DNA of 64,000 nucleotides, taken from contig CBDEUK010000002.1 in the NCBI GenBank assembly GCA_965243205.1, positions 1,856,001 to 1,920,000 of the forward strand. The letters run 5' to 3'. The notes beneath the pieces are model-generated. The model was not told where the DNA came from. It made no database searches and worked only from the letters and a program-made list of their open reading frames with translations. Source of the DNA: Gammaproteobacteria bacterium. Lineage in GTDB: Bacteria; Pseudomonadota; Gammaproteobacteria; Eutrophobiales; Eutrophobiaceae. The position numbers and the translations under genes are program-made. Shown piece after piece: positions 19,520 through 29,494 of the stretch (the stretch's first letter is position 1; every line of letters starts with the position of its first letter).

Positions 19520-20983
19520 TTATTGAATCACTTTTAATAGTTGTCCTGAGTTTGGACGACCATCTGGATAGTGATCATTTAAGAGGCGTAGCGTTTCTTC
19601 CGACATTTGTAATAAAGGTGAGCTTTTCGCGAGTTTCTCATAATCCGTTGTGGTATCGGCTTGAATAATTTTCAATGCTAATGGTGCTGATAAGATCTTT
19701 TCATTAGGAGTCAGAGAATGAAAGCTTTGCATGGTATCCATGAAATCTGGGTCGAATCGTGAAATGGTAGCGGATTCTTTGGTTGTTCCTGCAAGGATAT
19801 AGGCCATCTGGTTTTGATAAATGACAGTAAATCGAGTTTCTCTACGACCAAATTCCGTACGGATTTTTGTTGTTGCAGTATGGGCTTCGAACCCATGAAT
19901 ATTTAAAGATTGCTCATTAGCTAACTCATTTAACCCTAGGCGCTCTACCATAAATTGACGCGGTGAGATGCGCTTATTGATGTCTTCAGCGGTTAATTGA
20001 ATAACCGCTTCACCTTTTGGGGCTGAAAATAAAAGTCGATCGGGTTGGTTTGTCACTTGCCAGCCTTTAGGGAAACGTAAGGCAAAGTCCAAATCTTGAT
20101 GATAAAAATGATTACCGCGAGTAATTCCCTCCTTGGGGCTATCACCAAATACCATACCATCAATATTAGAAAAATAGTCTTCTTGGGCGATTTTAGGGGA
20201 GCTTGAGCGTTGTAGTTCGGTGGCAAGTCCAACTACTTCTTGCAAGCGTTTATCATTGCTTGGATGTGTTGAAAATAAACCATGATACGTATTGGGTTCT
20301 CTGCCTTCTTGTTTAGCACGCTGGGTTTCAAACGCTTCTTGATTTTTCAGTACGGAGATAACATCAATCATGGCAGTAGGTTTATATCCAGTGATAGCCA
20401 AATATTCTGCGCCTAACCGATCCGCTTCGAGTTCATGATCTCGTCCGTATCCGCGTAATAATGCGGTACCAAAAATATTCGTAAGCTGACTACCCGCATA
20501 AGTATTCATTCCAGGAATAAAAATAGAGCCGATAAGAGCGCCAATGTTCGCAATCGATGCAGCACTGTGTTGTCGAACACTGTGACGGGCAGTGACATGG
20601 CCGATTTCATGTCCTAATACGGCTGCTAACTCTGCTTCACTATTCAAATATGCCATAAGCCCGCGGGTGATATAGATATAGCCACCCGGTAAAGCAAAGG
20701 CATTAACTTGATTGCTATCAAGCACTGTAAATCTGAATAATAAGTCTTTACGATGGCTATTACGGGCTAGTTTATCCCCGATCTGTTGAACATACTGTTG
20801 TAGCTTTTGATCATCATAAATACCGTATTGTTTGAGTACTTGTTGGTGGGCTTTGCGACCAAGTTCGATTTCTTCTTGTTCTGACATTAGAACCAGGTCT
20901 TGTCCTCCGGTTGCAGGATTACTTGAACAAGCGCTAAGAAATAGTAAAAAGCTAGTTATAAATAGGGTCTTTTGAATTTTCAT
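19520..20983 (-). CDS. M48 family zinc metalloprotease lipoprotein with C-terminal extension ending in a LysM-like motif
   Basis: Lipobox LSAC, NAFALPGG, HEIGH, ELEAD, STHP; C-terminus LRLLN...GQLLKV. Confidence 0.9.
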   Translation of the reverse strand: MKIQKTLFITSFLLFLSACSSNPATGGQDLVLMSEQEEIELGRKAHQQVLKQYGIYDDQKLQQYVQQIGDKLARNSHRKDLLFRFTVLDSNQVNAFALPGGYIYITRGLMAYLNSEAELAAVLGHEIGHVTARHSVRQHSAASIANIGALIGSIFIPGMNTYAGSQLTNIFGTALLRGYGRDHELEADRLGAEYLAITGYKPTAMIDVISVLKNQEAFETQRAKQEGREPNTYHGLFSTHPSNDKRLQEVVGLATELQRSSSPKIAQEDYFSNIDGMVFGDSPKEGITRGNHFYHQDLDFALRFPKGWQVTNQPDRLLFSAPKGEAVIQLTAEDINKRISPRQFMVERLGLNELANEQSLNIHGFEAHTATTKIRTEFGRRETRFTVIYQNQMAYILAGTTKESATISRFDPDFMDTMQSFHSLTPNEKILSAPLALKIIQADTTTDYEKLAKSSPLLQMSEETLRLLNDHYPDGRPNSGQLLKVIQ

Positions 20984-21047
20984 TACTATCCTTTATGAAG
21001 CTACTATCAACAGTTTAGAGTGTTTTACAGCAAAAAATATCCCAGGC

Positions 21048-21078
21048 AAAAAAAAAGCGCTTTAATTAGCGCTTTTTT
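21048..21078 (-). terminator. Terminator of rpmE
   Basis: AAAAAAGCGCT-N6-AGCGCTTTTTT. Confidence 0.85.
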
Positions 21079-21097
21079 ATATAAATACAGTGGTAAA

Positions 21098-21298
21098 TTA
21101 CATACCGTATTTCTTACGGAATTTATCCACGCGACCTGCTGTATCTAATATTTTTTGTTTGCCAGTATAGAAAGGGTGGCATTCTGAACATACGTCTATC
21201 ACCATATCTGAGGTATGGGTTGAACGGGTTTTGAATGTGTTACCACAACTGCATTTCACAGAAATTTCTTCGTAAGCTGGATGTATGTCTGTTTTCAT
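21098..21298 (-). CDS. rpmE: 50S ribosomal protein L31 (Zn-binding type)
   Basis: [29 protein letters not shown]. Confidence 0.98.
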   Translation of the reverse strand: MKTDIHPAYEEISVKCSCGNTFKTRSTHTSDMVIDVCSECHPFYTGKQKILDTAGRVDKFRKKYGM

Positions 21299-21391
21299 GG
21301 TTCAAGCCGTAAAATTAATAGCAATTACAAGGAGGCGGGAGTCTAGAGCAATCAGTCAGCTTACGCAATAGCCAGATGGTTATTGTGGATT

Positions 21392-21763
21392 TTAATCGCT
21401 TTCTTTATCGAGATTATTGGGAAATTGGATGACATCGGCTGAATTTGCGATGGTTTTCGGGTGTTGAACAGGCTCAGAATCTGACGATTGCAGTTTTTCT
21501 ATAGCTTCGACCAAGCCATTATCACCCAAAACGTTATCCCACATCATTGAGGAGATTTTGATGCATGCCGCCATTGGCGTTTTTGAAGTTTGACGAATTT
21601 GGTCTATTTGCCATTGAATACCTTGCATTCGTTTTTGCATGTCTTCGGGGCTTTCTTCAATAATTTTATCGATTTGCTCTTTTCTTAGGCGTTCGAATTC
21701 TTCTGGATCGTTTTTAGCGAGCTCTGCCCAGTATTCAAAGTCAAAGTCGGTTTCTATTTCCAT
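21392..21763 (-). CDS. DUF3135-like protein
   Basis: FEYWAELAKNDPEEFERLR...RMQGIQWQID...PMAACIKISSMM; ADVIQFP tail. Confidence 0.8.
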   Translation of the reverse strand: MEIETDFDFEYWAELAKNDPEEFERLRKEQIDKIIEESPEDMQKRMQGIQWQIDQIRQTSKTPMAACIKISSMMWDNVLGDNGLVEAIEKLQSSDSEPVQHPKTIANSADVIQFPNNLDKESD

Positions 21764-21840
21764 GTTGCCTATGCAGATCGATTGGTTAACTCAGTTTGTC
21801 GGGTAATTCTAGAAAAAGCTTTAAAAATATTATTGCAGTA

Positions 21841-22611
21841 CTAGAGTTTAAACTCGGCAACCACAGGCGCATGATCCGATGGTCTTTCGAGTTTTCTTGG
21901 GTTTTTATCGACGTAACAAGCCTTACAACTCTTGGCTAGAGGTAAGCTGGCTAGAATATGATCAATTCGTAGACCTAAATTTCTTCGAAAACCGGCTGCA
22001 CGGTAATCCCACCAGGAAAAAGTGCCTGGTTCTTGATTGAACATGCGGAAGCAATCAATAAAGTCTTTTTCAATCAGTGCATTGTAATGTGAACGTTCAG
22101 GCTCGCTACAATGAACTTTATCTTTCCAGGCTGCAGGGTCATGAACATCATCATCCGTTGGAGCGATATTAAAGTCGCCCATGATGATGATTTCTTCATA
22201 TTGATCGTTCAGTGATTCAACCAATAGTTGCAGATTATCAAGCCAATCCAATTTATAGTCATATTTTTCAGAACCGACTTCTGATCCATTAGGAATATAT
22301 AAATTCAGGATAAAGATATCATTGATGATAGCGCCAATAACTCTACGCTGCGGGTCATCAAAATCTGGAAGATCTGTGATGATGTCGCTAGCAGAGGTTT
22401 TACTTAACAGCGCAACACCGTTATAGGTTTTTTGACCATTGAAAATTGCTTGGTAACCAGCAGCTTCTATTTCTTCGAGTGGAAATTGATCGTTCGTAAG
22501 TTTGAGTTCTTGAAGGCCTAATACGTCGACGGGGTTTTGTTCCAACCAATCTAAAACATGAGGTAGTCTCACACGTAGAGAGTTGACGTTCCAACTAGCG
22601 ACTTTAAACAT
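21841..22611 (-). CDS. xthA: Exodeoxyribonuclease III
   Basis: SWNVNSLR, LQELK, YNGVA, GDFNIAP, SWWDYR, LRIDH, SDHAPV. Confidence 0.96.
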   Translation of the reverse strand: MFKVASWNVNSLRVRLPHVLDWLEQNPVDVLGLQELKLTNDQFPLEEIEAAGYQAIFNGQKTYNGVALLSKTSASDIITDLPDFDDPQRRVIGAIINDIFILNLYIPNGSEVGSEKYDYKLDWLDNLQLLVESLNDQYEEIIIMGDFNIAPTDDDVHDPAAWKDKVHCSEPERSHYNALIEKDFIDCFRMFNQEPGTFSWWDYRAAGFRRNLGLRIDHILASLPLAKSCKACYVDKNPRKLERPSDHAPVVAEFKL

Positions 22612-22640
22612 TATTTTTTATGAAATTTAATTAATTAAAA

Positions 22641-23351
22641 TTAGACTCTAAACCCGCCGTGTTGACGACGTTTATAAAAATCAAGCAATACCATTCCCAA
22701 TACGATTCCGATTACTATAGCGAACAAAATTATCCAGAGCAGAGTCTTTGAAATATTGACTGGAGTTTGAGCTCTTGGGTTTGAATTAGCCGTTTGATTT
22801 TTAAGATCAGAAACGATTTGTTCCAGTTCCATGTTCCTTTGTTTTGTAGCTTCCAGTTCAGCAGACAAATGAGAGGAATCGGTGGTATTAGTTGATTTAG
22901 TCGATTTTTTTTGTTTACTTAGTTTTGCTTCCAGTTCAGCAACTTTAAGTTTCATCGATTTGAGTTCTTTACTTTCTTGAATAGTTTTTACGTTGCTTAA
23001 ATCGTGTTTCAATTGTTTGATTTCTGTTTCAGCCCGACTTAACTCAGTTTCAAGCGCTTGGACTTTTTGATTAGCACCATTGTTGGTTTGATTAACAGTT
23101 TGCTCACTTAGATATGCTGTGTTAACCCAGCCAATGTTGCCTTCTTGATCTTTTACCTTTGACATATCAACACCACGTTGTTGAATTTCAAGGGCAGAGC
23201 CAGTTGGTAGAATTTTTATGATGGGACTATTGATCTTGGCATCGGCATGAAGACCTACTTTTATGTTATCAATGATGTTTACCGTTTCAGCAAGGCTGGA
23301 AAACGGTATTAGCAGCATTGATAAGATAGTGAGTAGTAGATATTTAGCCAT
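22641..23351 (-). CDS. SH3b-domain coiled-coil membrane protein (TIGR04211/YgiM-like)
   Basis: Signal peptide, GWVNTAYL SH3b motif, coiled coil, C-terminal TM helix followed by RRQHGGFRV. Confidence 0.8.
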   Translation of the reverse strand: MAKYLLLTILSMLLIPFSSLAETVNIIDNIKVGLHADAKINSPIIKILPTGSALEIQQRGVDMSKVKDQEGNIGWVNTAYLSEQTVNQTNNGANQKVQALETELSRAETEIKQLKHDLSNVKTIQESKELKSMKLKVAELEAKLSKQKKSTKSTNTTDSSHLSAELEATKQRNMELEQIVSDLKNQTANSNPRAQTPVNISKTLLWIILFAIVIGIVLGMVLLDFYKRRQHGGFRV

Positions 23352-23361
23352 TTTATTGTAA

Positions 23362-25398
23362 TTATTTTATTCCTGAGTGTTTTAGTAAAGCATCAATGGT
23401 AGGTTTGCGGCCACGGAACTTAACAAAAAGCTCCATCGGTTCAAGCGATCCACCTTGCTCAAGGATATTATGCAAAAAATTCGCGCCAGTTTCAGGATTA
23501 AAAATGCCTTCTTCTTCAAAAAGTGAAAATGCATCAGCGGAAAGGACTTCGGCCCATTTATAACTGTAATAGCCTGCAGCATAACCCCCGGCAAAAATAT
23601 GAGAAAAACTATGTTGAAAGCGGTTGTAGTCAGGTGGAATGATTACGGCTACTTCATGACGGACGTCATTGAGTAATTTTTGTATATCGAAGTTAGCATC
23701 AGGCTTATAAAGGAGGTGAAGTTTGAAATCGAACAAGGCAAATTCGAGTTGCCTCACCATTTGCATACCCGATTGAAAGTTTTTTGCTGCAACCATTTTC
23801 TCAAACAGTTCATCTGGTAAGGACTTACCCGTTTCATAATGTTTGGCAAATAAATCTAAAGCTTCACGTTCCCAACACCAATTTTCCATAAATTGGCTTG
23901 GTAATTCGACGGCATCCCAGGCTACACCATTGATTCCAGAGACGGCGGCAAAATCGACTTTGGTTAGCATGTGGTGCAAGCCATGACCAAATTCATGAAA
24001 CAGGGTTGTGACTTCGTCATGAGTTAACAAAGAAGGTTTGTCTTTAATCGGTGGAGTAAAATTGCACGTTAAATATGCTACGGGGTTTTGAATTCCCTTA
24101 TCAGTTCTACGACGCACTATGCATTCATCCATCCAGGCGCCACCGCGTTTGCTGTTTCTGGCATATAAATCCAAATAGAAACTGCCTCTAATTTCGCCTG
24201 TGTTGTCTTTGATTTCGAAAAAAGACACATCTTCATGCCAGCGCGGAACATTGTTTATCTCACTAATAGAAAGCCCATAGAGTTTTTCTACAACCGCAAA
24301 TAATCCTTCCAATACCAGAGGCACTGGAAAGTACGGACGCAGATCTTCTTGTGAGAATTGATATTTAGATTGTTTCAGTTTTTCCGAGTAATAAGCGATA
24401 TCCCAGGCATTCAAAGAATCGATTTTATATTCAGCCTGTGCAAATGTTTTTAATTCAGTAAATTCTGCTTCGGCGATTGATTTTGATTGCTGTGCCAGGT
24501 CTTTTAAAAAACCAATAACTTCATCGGTCTCATTAGCCATTTTGGTTGCAAGTGAACGATGTGCGTAACTATCAAAACCCAATAGTTGAGCCAACTGATA
24601 TCGCGTTTCTAAAATATCCAGCATGATTTGGCTGTTATCCCATTTGCCGTTATCTGGTCCTTGTTCAGATGCTCGCGTTACGTATGCCTCATACATTTCT
24701 TTGCGTAATTCTGCATTGTCTGTATAGGTCATGACTGGGTAATACGAAGGAAAATCTAAAGTAAATAGCCAACCTTCTACATTTTGTTGTTCGGCAGTTT
24801 GTTTGGCTAAAGCTTTGGCAGAATCGGGTAAGCCGCTTAATTCATCTTCATCAGTAATAATCTTTTTGAAAGCGTGAGTTGCGTCTAGCAAGTTTTCTTC
24901 AAACTTTGTTTGTAGTGCAGATAATTTTTGTTGCAGTGATTTATACTCAGCTTGTTTTTCTTCTGGCAGATCAATGCCAGAGAGTTTGAAATCACGTAAG
25001 GTGTTTTCAATGATCTTTTTTTGAGCTTGTTCTAAGTTCTTGTAATCAGAGTTCTCACTTAATGATTGGTATAACGAGAATAACTCTTTGTTTTGTCCCA
25101 TCTCTGTGGAGTAAGCAGATAGTTTTGGGATGCATGCGTTATAAGCTTTACGTAGTTCGTCATTATCTGCAACAGAATGTAGATGACTTACAGGAGACCA
25201 TGCTCTATTAAGACGATCATCCAGTTGGTCTAATACGTCAACAGTATTATTCCAATTGATATCTATCGTCGTTTTAAGCAAGTTTTCGATTTGCTTACGA
25301 TTATCTTCTAATAAAAAATCTATAGCCGGTTCAATGTGGTTTGAATCGATATCTTCAAATTTTGGTAATCCAAGAGCGTTTAATAAAGGGTTCGTCAT
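23362..25398 (-). CDS. prlC: Oligopeptidase A (M3)
   Basis: GGAWMD, HEFGHGLH, AVELPSQFMENW, GGYAAGYYSYKWAEVL. Confidence 0.96.
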   Translation of the reverse strand: MTNPLLNALGLPKFEDIDSNHIEPAIDFLLEDNRKQIENLLKTTIDINWNNTVDVLDQLDDRLNRAWSPVSHLHSVADNDELRKAYNACIPKLSAYSTEMGQNKELFSLYQSLSENSDYKNLEQAQKKIIENTLRDFKLSGIDLPEEKQAEYKSLQQKLSALQTKFEENLLDATHAFKKIITDEDELSGLPDSAKALAKQTAEQQNVEGWLFTLDFPSYYPVMTYTDNAELRKEMYEAYVTRASEQGPDNGKWDNSQIMLDILETRYQLAQLLGFDSYAHRSLATKMANETDEVIGFLKDLAQQSKSIAEAEFTELKTFAQAEYKIDSLNAWDIAYYSEKLKQSKYQFSQEDLRPYFPVPLVLEGLFAVVEKLYGLSISEINNVPRWHEDVSFFEIKDNTGEIRGSFYLDLYARNSKRGGAWMDECIVRRRTDKGIQNPVAYLTCNFTPPIKDKPSLLTHDEVTTLFHEFGHGLHHMLTKVDFAAVSGINGVAWDAVELPSQFMENWCWEREALDLFAKHYETGKSLPDELFEKMVAAKNFQSGMQMVRQLEFALFDFKLHLLYKPDANFDIQKLLNDVRHEVAVIIPPDYNRFQHSFSHIFAGGYAAGYYSYKWAEVLSADAFSLFEEEGIFNPETGANFLHNILEQGGSLEPMELFVKFRGRKPTIDALLKHSGIK

Positions 25399-25466
25399 TG
25401 TTATCTTACTGAAGGTTAAATTTAGTTACTTAAGGTACGTTTTTTTAAGGTTAATCTTAGCTTGTT

Positions 25467-26417
25467 TTAAATCCCATTGCTGATTCGTATTTGTATCAAT
25501 GTAATGCTAATAATTGATAGTGCCAGACTAAGTCCAAATTTCCATAATAATTCTAGGTTAAGTTGTTTTAGAAAGTCTGACTGGGGTTTAGCCGATAAAA
25601 TATATGGACGTCGTCGGTCTTTAGTTTGTTCCATCATGTGTGTAGGTAATGATAAGGACAAATCTTGATGGCGCATTAATACCTCTTGATAAGCAGTTTT
25701 TCTAGCGGTTTGCCATTCTTCCATATCAATCTCTCCATCACCATTGGCGTCAAATCGTTCGAGTAGCTGCACGCTGTCTTTTTTCCACTCGCTGAGTAAC
25801 TCTTTGACATCAGCATTGATATCAACATATTCACCACCACCGATACTATGGAAAAAACCTACAGCATATAATGGTGCGTTTAATTCGATTCGATGTTCAG
25901 TATATTTATATTTGTTAAAACCGTTTGAACCTTGAAAACGTTTTGCTCTTGGAATAGTGCCGAACATAGGTGAAGAACTCATTGAGCTGCTATACCATGT
26001 TTCTTTTGAATTAGGTGTTACCACAGCATTTTCAGGATCAATAACACATTCGCCTGTACCATCATCTAATAAAAATAGGTCATCACTGGAGCCACTATTG
26101 ATCGTTTGCCAATATGTTCCGTCGGAATCATTTTTTCGTTCCTCGACTTTAAAATAATACCATGCGCAGTTAACGCCACTGTAAGGTGCAACAATCGGGG
26201 TGCCTTGCATTAATTTAGCCTTTCCTTCGAGCTCTATATAACCTTGGGCGGCAGAATGAATTCGTGAGGTAGGTAAGTCTTCAATCAACCGTTTACGATA
26301 AAATGTTTGGAAACATAAATAGATCACATACAAGGTCGATATGACTAATACAGAAAGTGCTATATAAACATGTGGGGTTGACCCAAATTTCACCCACCCC
26401 AAAAAGTTATCCAACAT
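25467..26417 (-). CDS. GIDE-domain-like membrane protein with an EF-hand
   Basis: TM helix, IEDLPTSRIHSAAQGYIELEG, DDGTGECVIDP, EF-hand loop DANGDGEIDMEEW, C-terminal TM helix. Confidence 0.75.
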   Translation of the reverse strand: MLDNFLGWVKFGSTPHVYIALSVLVISTLYVIYLCFQTFYRKRLIEDLPTSRIHSAAQGYIELEGKAKLMQGTPIVAPYSGVNCAWYYFKVEERKNDSDGTYWQTINSGSSDDLFLLDDGTGECVIDPENAVVTPNSKETWYSSSMSSSPMFGTIPRAKRFQGSNGFNKYKYTEHRIELNAPLYAVGFFHSIGGGEYVDINADVKELLSEWKKDSVQLLERFDANGDGEIDMEEWQTARKTAYQEVLMRHQDLSLSLPTHMMEQTKDRRRPYILSAKPQSDFLKQLNLELLWKFGLSLALSIISITLIQIRISNGI

Positions 26418-26423
26418 GTAAAA

Positions 26424-27002
26424 TTAGCTGAATAAATCTTTCACATTAACGTCTTTGATTTCCTCTTCAGCAAATTCAAGTAATTCTCTTGGTCCAAAGT
26501 TAAACATATTGGCAATGATCACATCAGGAAATTGTTCAATACGAACGTTATTGTTATTCACTGATTCGTTATAAAATTCTCGACGATCAGCAATCGAGTT
26601 TTCTAATCCTGTGATTCGACTTTGTAGATGAGTAAAGCTTTCATTAGCTTTAAGATCAGGATAAGCCTCAGCAACAGCGAATAAACTGCCGAGTCCCAAT
26701 CTAAGTTGTGATTCTGCTTGGCCTAATGCACCTATATCGCCACTTTCTCTGGCTTGAGAAACCGCTGAACGAGCTTGCATCACTTTTTCTAAGGTTTCTT
26801 GCTCGTACTTCATGTATTGCTTACAGGTCTCAACCAACTTTGGAAGTTCATCGTGTCGTTGTTTGAGTAAGACATCGATATTAGCCCAAGCTTTATCAAC
26901 ATTATGTTTAAGTGTCACAAGGTTGTTATAGATTGTGACGCCGTACAAAGCGATGATAACGATAATGGCCAAAAATACGATGAGGCTAAGGCTGAAATCC
27001 AT
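26424..27002 (-). CDS. lemA: LemA family protein
   Basis: YNNLVTL, WANIDVLLKQRHD, AEAYPDLKAN, RREFYNESV; start placed after RBS GGAG. Confidence 0.95.
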   Translation of the reverse strand: MDFSLSLIVFLAIIVIIALYGVTIYNNLVTLKHNVDKAWANIDVLLKQRHDELPKLVETCKQYMKYEQETLEKVMQARSAVSQARESGDIGALGQAESQLRLGLGSLFAVAEAYPDLKANESFTHLQSRITGLENSIADRREFYNESVNNNNVRIEQFPDVIIANMFNFGPRELLEFAEEEIKDVNVKDLFS

Positions 27003-27071
27003 AGTCTTCTCCATTTAATAATTGATTAAGGCTTAATTAATAACAAAGTCTTGTTGAAATTGAGTCCTAAT

Positions 27072-27141
27072 GCAAATGAGAATAATTCATATTAAAAATC
27101 AATCACTTATAGCTTGACTTGCTATAATCTAAGCATAGTAT
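27072..27141 (+). promoter_or_regulatory. bfr promoter with upstream Fur-like box and IHF site
   Basis: GCAAATGAGAATAATTCAT (27072-90), AATCAATCACTTA (27097-109), TTGACT-N16-TAGTAT. Confidence 0.55.
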
Positions 27142-27183
27142 TCAGCTATTATAAATTAGTAACGCACGCTTGGAGAAATTGAA

Positions 27184-27654
27184 ATGAAAGGCGATAGTAA
27201 AGTTATCGAACATTTGAACGTTGTTTTAAAAAATGAGCTAACAGCTATTAATCAATATTTTTTACACGCCAAGATGTACAAAGATTGGGGGTTAAAGGAG
27301 TTAGCCGAGCATGAGCATCATGAGTCCATCGATGAGATGAAGCATGCAGATAAATTAGTCGAGAGAATTTTATTTTTAGAAGGTTTGCCAAACTTACAAG
27401 ATTTGGGTGCTTTAATGATCGGTGAAAAGACCAAGGAAATGTTGGAGTGCGATCTAAAATTAGAAATGATGGCACATGTGGACTTAAAAGCAGCTATTAC
27501 TTATTGCGAAGAAATTAAAGATTTCGTATCACGTGAGTTATTTGAAGAAATCTTAGAAAGTGAAGAAGAACATATCGATTGGTTAGAAACACAATTATCA
27601 TTGATAGATAAAGTTGGAATCGAGAATTATCAGCAATCTATGATGAGTGAATAA
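27184..27654 (+). CDS. bfr: Bacterioferritin
   Basis: [22 protein letters not shown] (heme Met52), EEEHIDWLE. Confidence 0.97.
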   Translation: MKGDSKVIEHLNVVLKNELTAINQYFLHAKMYKDWGLKELAEHEHHESIDEMKHADKLVERILFLEGLPNLQDLGALMIGEKTKEMLECDLKLEMMAHVDLKAAITYCEEIKDFVSRELFEEILESEEEHIDWLETQLSLIDKVGIENYQQSMMSE

Positions 27655-27675
27655 AAATCCTATAAAACTCTTTAT

Positions 27676-27711
27676 AAAAAGCCTTGTTAAATTCTTATAC
27701 AAGGCTTTTTT
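27676..27711. terminator. Terminator after bfr (symmetric A/T tracts)
   Basis: AAAAAGCCTTGT...ACAAGGCTTTTTT. Confidence 0.8.
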
Positions 27712-28058
27712 ATTAGTTATTAGAATTCGTGATCAATAAACACAACTCAAGAGTTAAAAATCTAATTGCCCACTTCAATTATTATTTGAATACAGTCATT
27801 TTTAGTCATAACTATCGTTTTAAAACAACAGAAAACCATGTTTCTATGCCAGCTAGGGCATATTAATGATATTTCAATGTTTATGTCTTCGATAGGTAAA
27901 ACACCCCCTCAAATATTCAAAAAATCCTCAGATATGCCGAAAAGAATATACTGGCATTTTTGAGTTTATTTGCTGTAATTTTTCTATCTTATTGATTTAT
28001 TAGTGAATTTCATGTTTTTTTATAAGAAGTAGCAAAATAAACACTTATAAAATATATA

Positions 28059-28087
28059 TTGATAATGGTTCTCATTTGCCATATCAT
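28059..28087 (+). promoter_or_regulatory. Fur box overlapping the sigma70 promoter of bfd
   Basis: GATAATGGTTCTCATTTGC (14/19 to the Fur consensus) inside TTGATA-N17-TATCAT. Confidence 0.75.
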
Positions 28088-28119
28088 TATTATTAAGTAA
28101 AGATTTTGGATAAAACGCG

Positions 28120-28317
28120 ATGTATGTATGTATTTGTAATTCTGTCACTGAATCAGATATTAAAGATGCTGTGAGTAATGGCGCCAACTGTATGCCTCAT
28201 CTGAAGGCGAAACTTAAGTGCTCGACTCAATGTGGCAACTGTTCTGACCGCGCGCAGGAATGTTTGAGCAATGAGTTGGCAAAGCAAGTTACTATCACTG
28301 AGCCAAAAGTAGCTTAA
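28120..28317 (+). CDS. bfd: Bacterioferritin-associated ferredoxin
   Basis: MYVCICNSVTESDI...CSTQCGNC. Confidence 0.93.
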   Translation: MYVCICNSVTESDIKDAVSNGANCMPHLKAKLKCSTQCGNCSDRAQECLSNELAKQVTITEPKVA

Positions 28318-28471
28318 TATATACTGACGACGGCCATTTCTTTCTTCATACCTAGACACGTATAAAACACGTAACCAAAAATTAATTAATTTTTAAAACT
28401 TTTCTATTATAAGCTTCCAGTCTTATTTAGCATTATGTCATTTGTACCTCTGATTACGTATTAAATTTATT

Positions 28472-29479
28472 ATGAACAAACACATCGTATTATTTAGTTT
28501 ATTATTTTTCACACTCAATATTTTTGCTGCTGAAGTCAATGTATATTCAGCACGAAAAGAAGCATTAATTAAACCTCTGTTAAAAGAATTTACAAAAGAA
28601 ACTGGGATTAAAGTCAATTTAATCACTGGAGAAGCGGATGCTTTGATAAAACGCATGGAGGTTGAAGGAACCTATAGTCCTGCTGATGTATTAATTACAG
28701 TCGATGCAGCAAGGTTACATAGAGCAAAAGAAAAAGGTTTGTTACAAACTATTGAGTCTGATTATGTGAATACCAGAGTCCCAGAAGTTTATACAGATCC
28801 TGAAAATAAATGGGTAGGTTTGTCTTTACGCTCAAGAGTGATCGTATATGCAAATGAGCGAGTTGATTCAAAGCAATTATCTACATACGAAGATTTAATT
28901 AGTGAGAAATGGCATAAAAAGCTATGTGTTCGGTCATCATCGAATGTATACAATCAATCGTTATTAGCTAGCATCATTCATCATTCAGGAAAACAAGCCG
29001 CGCAAGAATGGGCCAAAGGGTTAGTGAATAATTTTGCGCGAAACCCAAAAGGTGGAGATAAAGATCAAATCAGTGCGGTTGCTGCTGGACAATGTGAAAT
29101 AGCGTTGGTGAATACATATTATGTAGGTGGCATGATTCATTCACAGTCTGAAAAAGAACAAGACATAGTTTCGAAGGTTTCAGTATTTTGGCCAAACCAA
29201 GAAGACAGGGGCGCACATGTAAACTTAAGTGGTGTAGGTATTACGAGTTCATCAAAAAATACTCAAGAAGCTGTTAAGTTGATTGAATATTTATTAAATG
29301 ATGAATCACAAGCTTGGTACGCCAAAGTGAATATCGAATATCCTGTTGTAGGAGGCATTGATCAAACAGAATTAGATAAATTCTGGGGGCCGTTTAAAGC
29401 TGATAGTATGCAGATCGAACGATTGGGTCACTATAATAAAGATGCTGTTATAATTATGGATAGTGTTGGATGGAAATAA
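28472..29479 (+). CDS. Fe(III) ABC transporter substrate-binding protein (FutA/FbpA-like)
   Basis: VNVYSAR, SPADVLITVD, RSSSNVYNQSL, NTYY. Confidence 0.92.
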   Translation: MNKHIVLFSLLFFTLNIFAAEVNVYSARKEALIKPLLKEFTKETGIKVNLITGEADALIKRMEVEGTYSPADVLITVDAARLHRAKEKGLLQTIESDYVNTRVPEVYTDPENKWVGLSLRSRVIVYANERVDSKQLSTYEDLISEKWHKKLCVRSSSNVYNQSLLASIIHHSGKQAAQEWAKGLVNNFARNPKGGDKDQISAVAAGQCEIALVNTYYVGGMIHSQSEKEQDIVSKVSVFWPNQEDRGAHVNLSGVGITSSSKNTQEAVKLIEYLLNDESQAWYAKVNIEYPVVGGIDQTELDKFWGPFKADSMQIERLGHYNKDAVIIMDSVGWK

Positions 29480-29494
29480 TTATTTTAAATATAG

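Noticed and set aside
27712-27900. Short minus-strand frame (MVFCCFKT..., 25 aa) in the bfr-bfd spacer
   Set aside because: No RBS, very short, and consistent with chance
28318-28400. Pyrimidine-rich stretch after bfd loosely recalling a PrrF-like sRNA core
   Set aside because: Similarity is only a few short words, with no GC-rich terminator; unsupported without cmscan or RNA-seq
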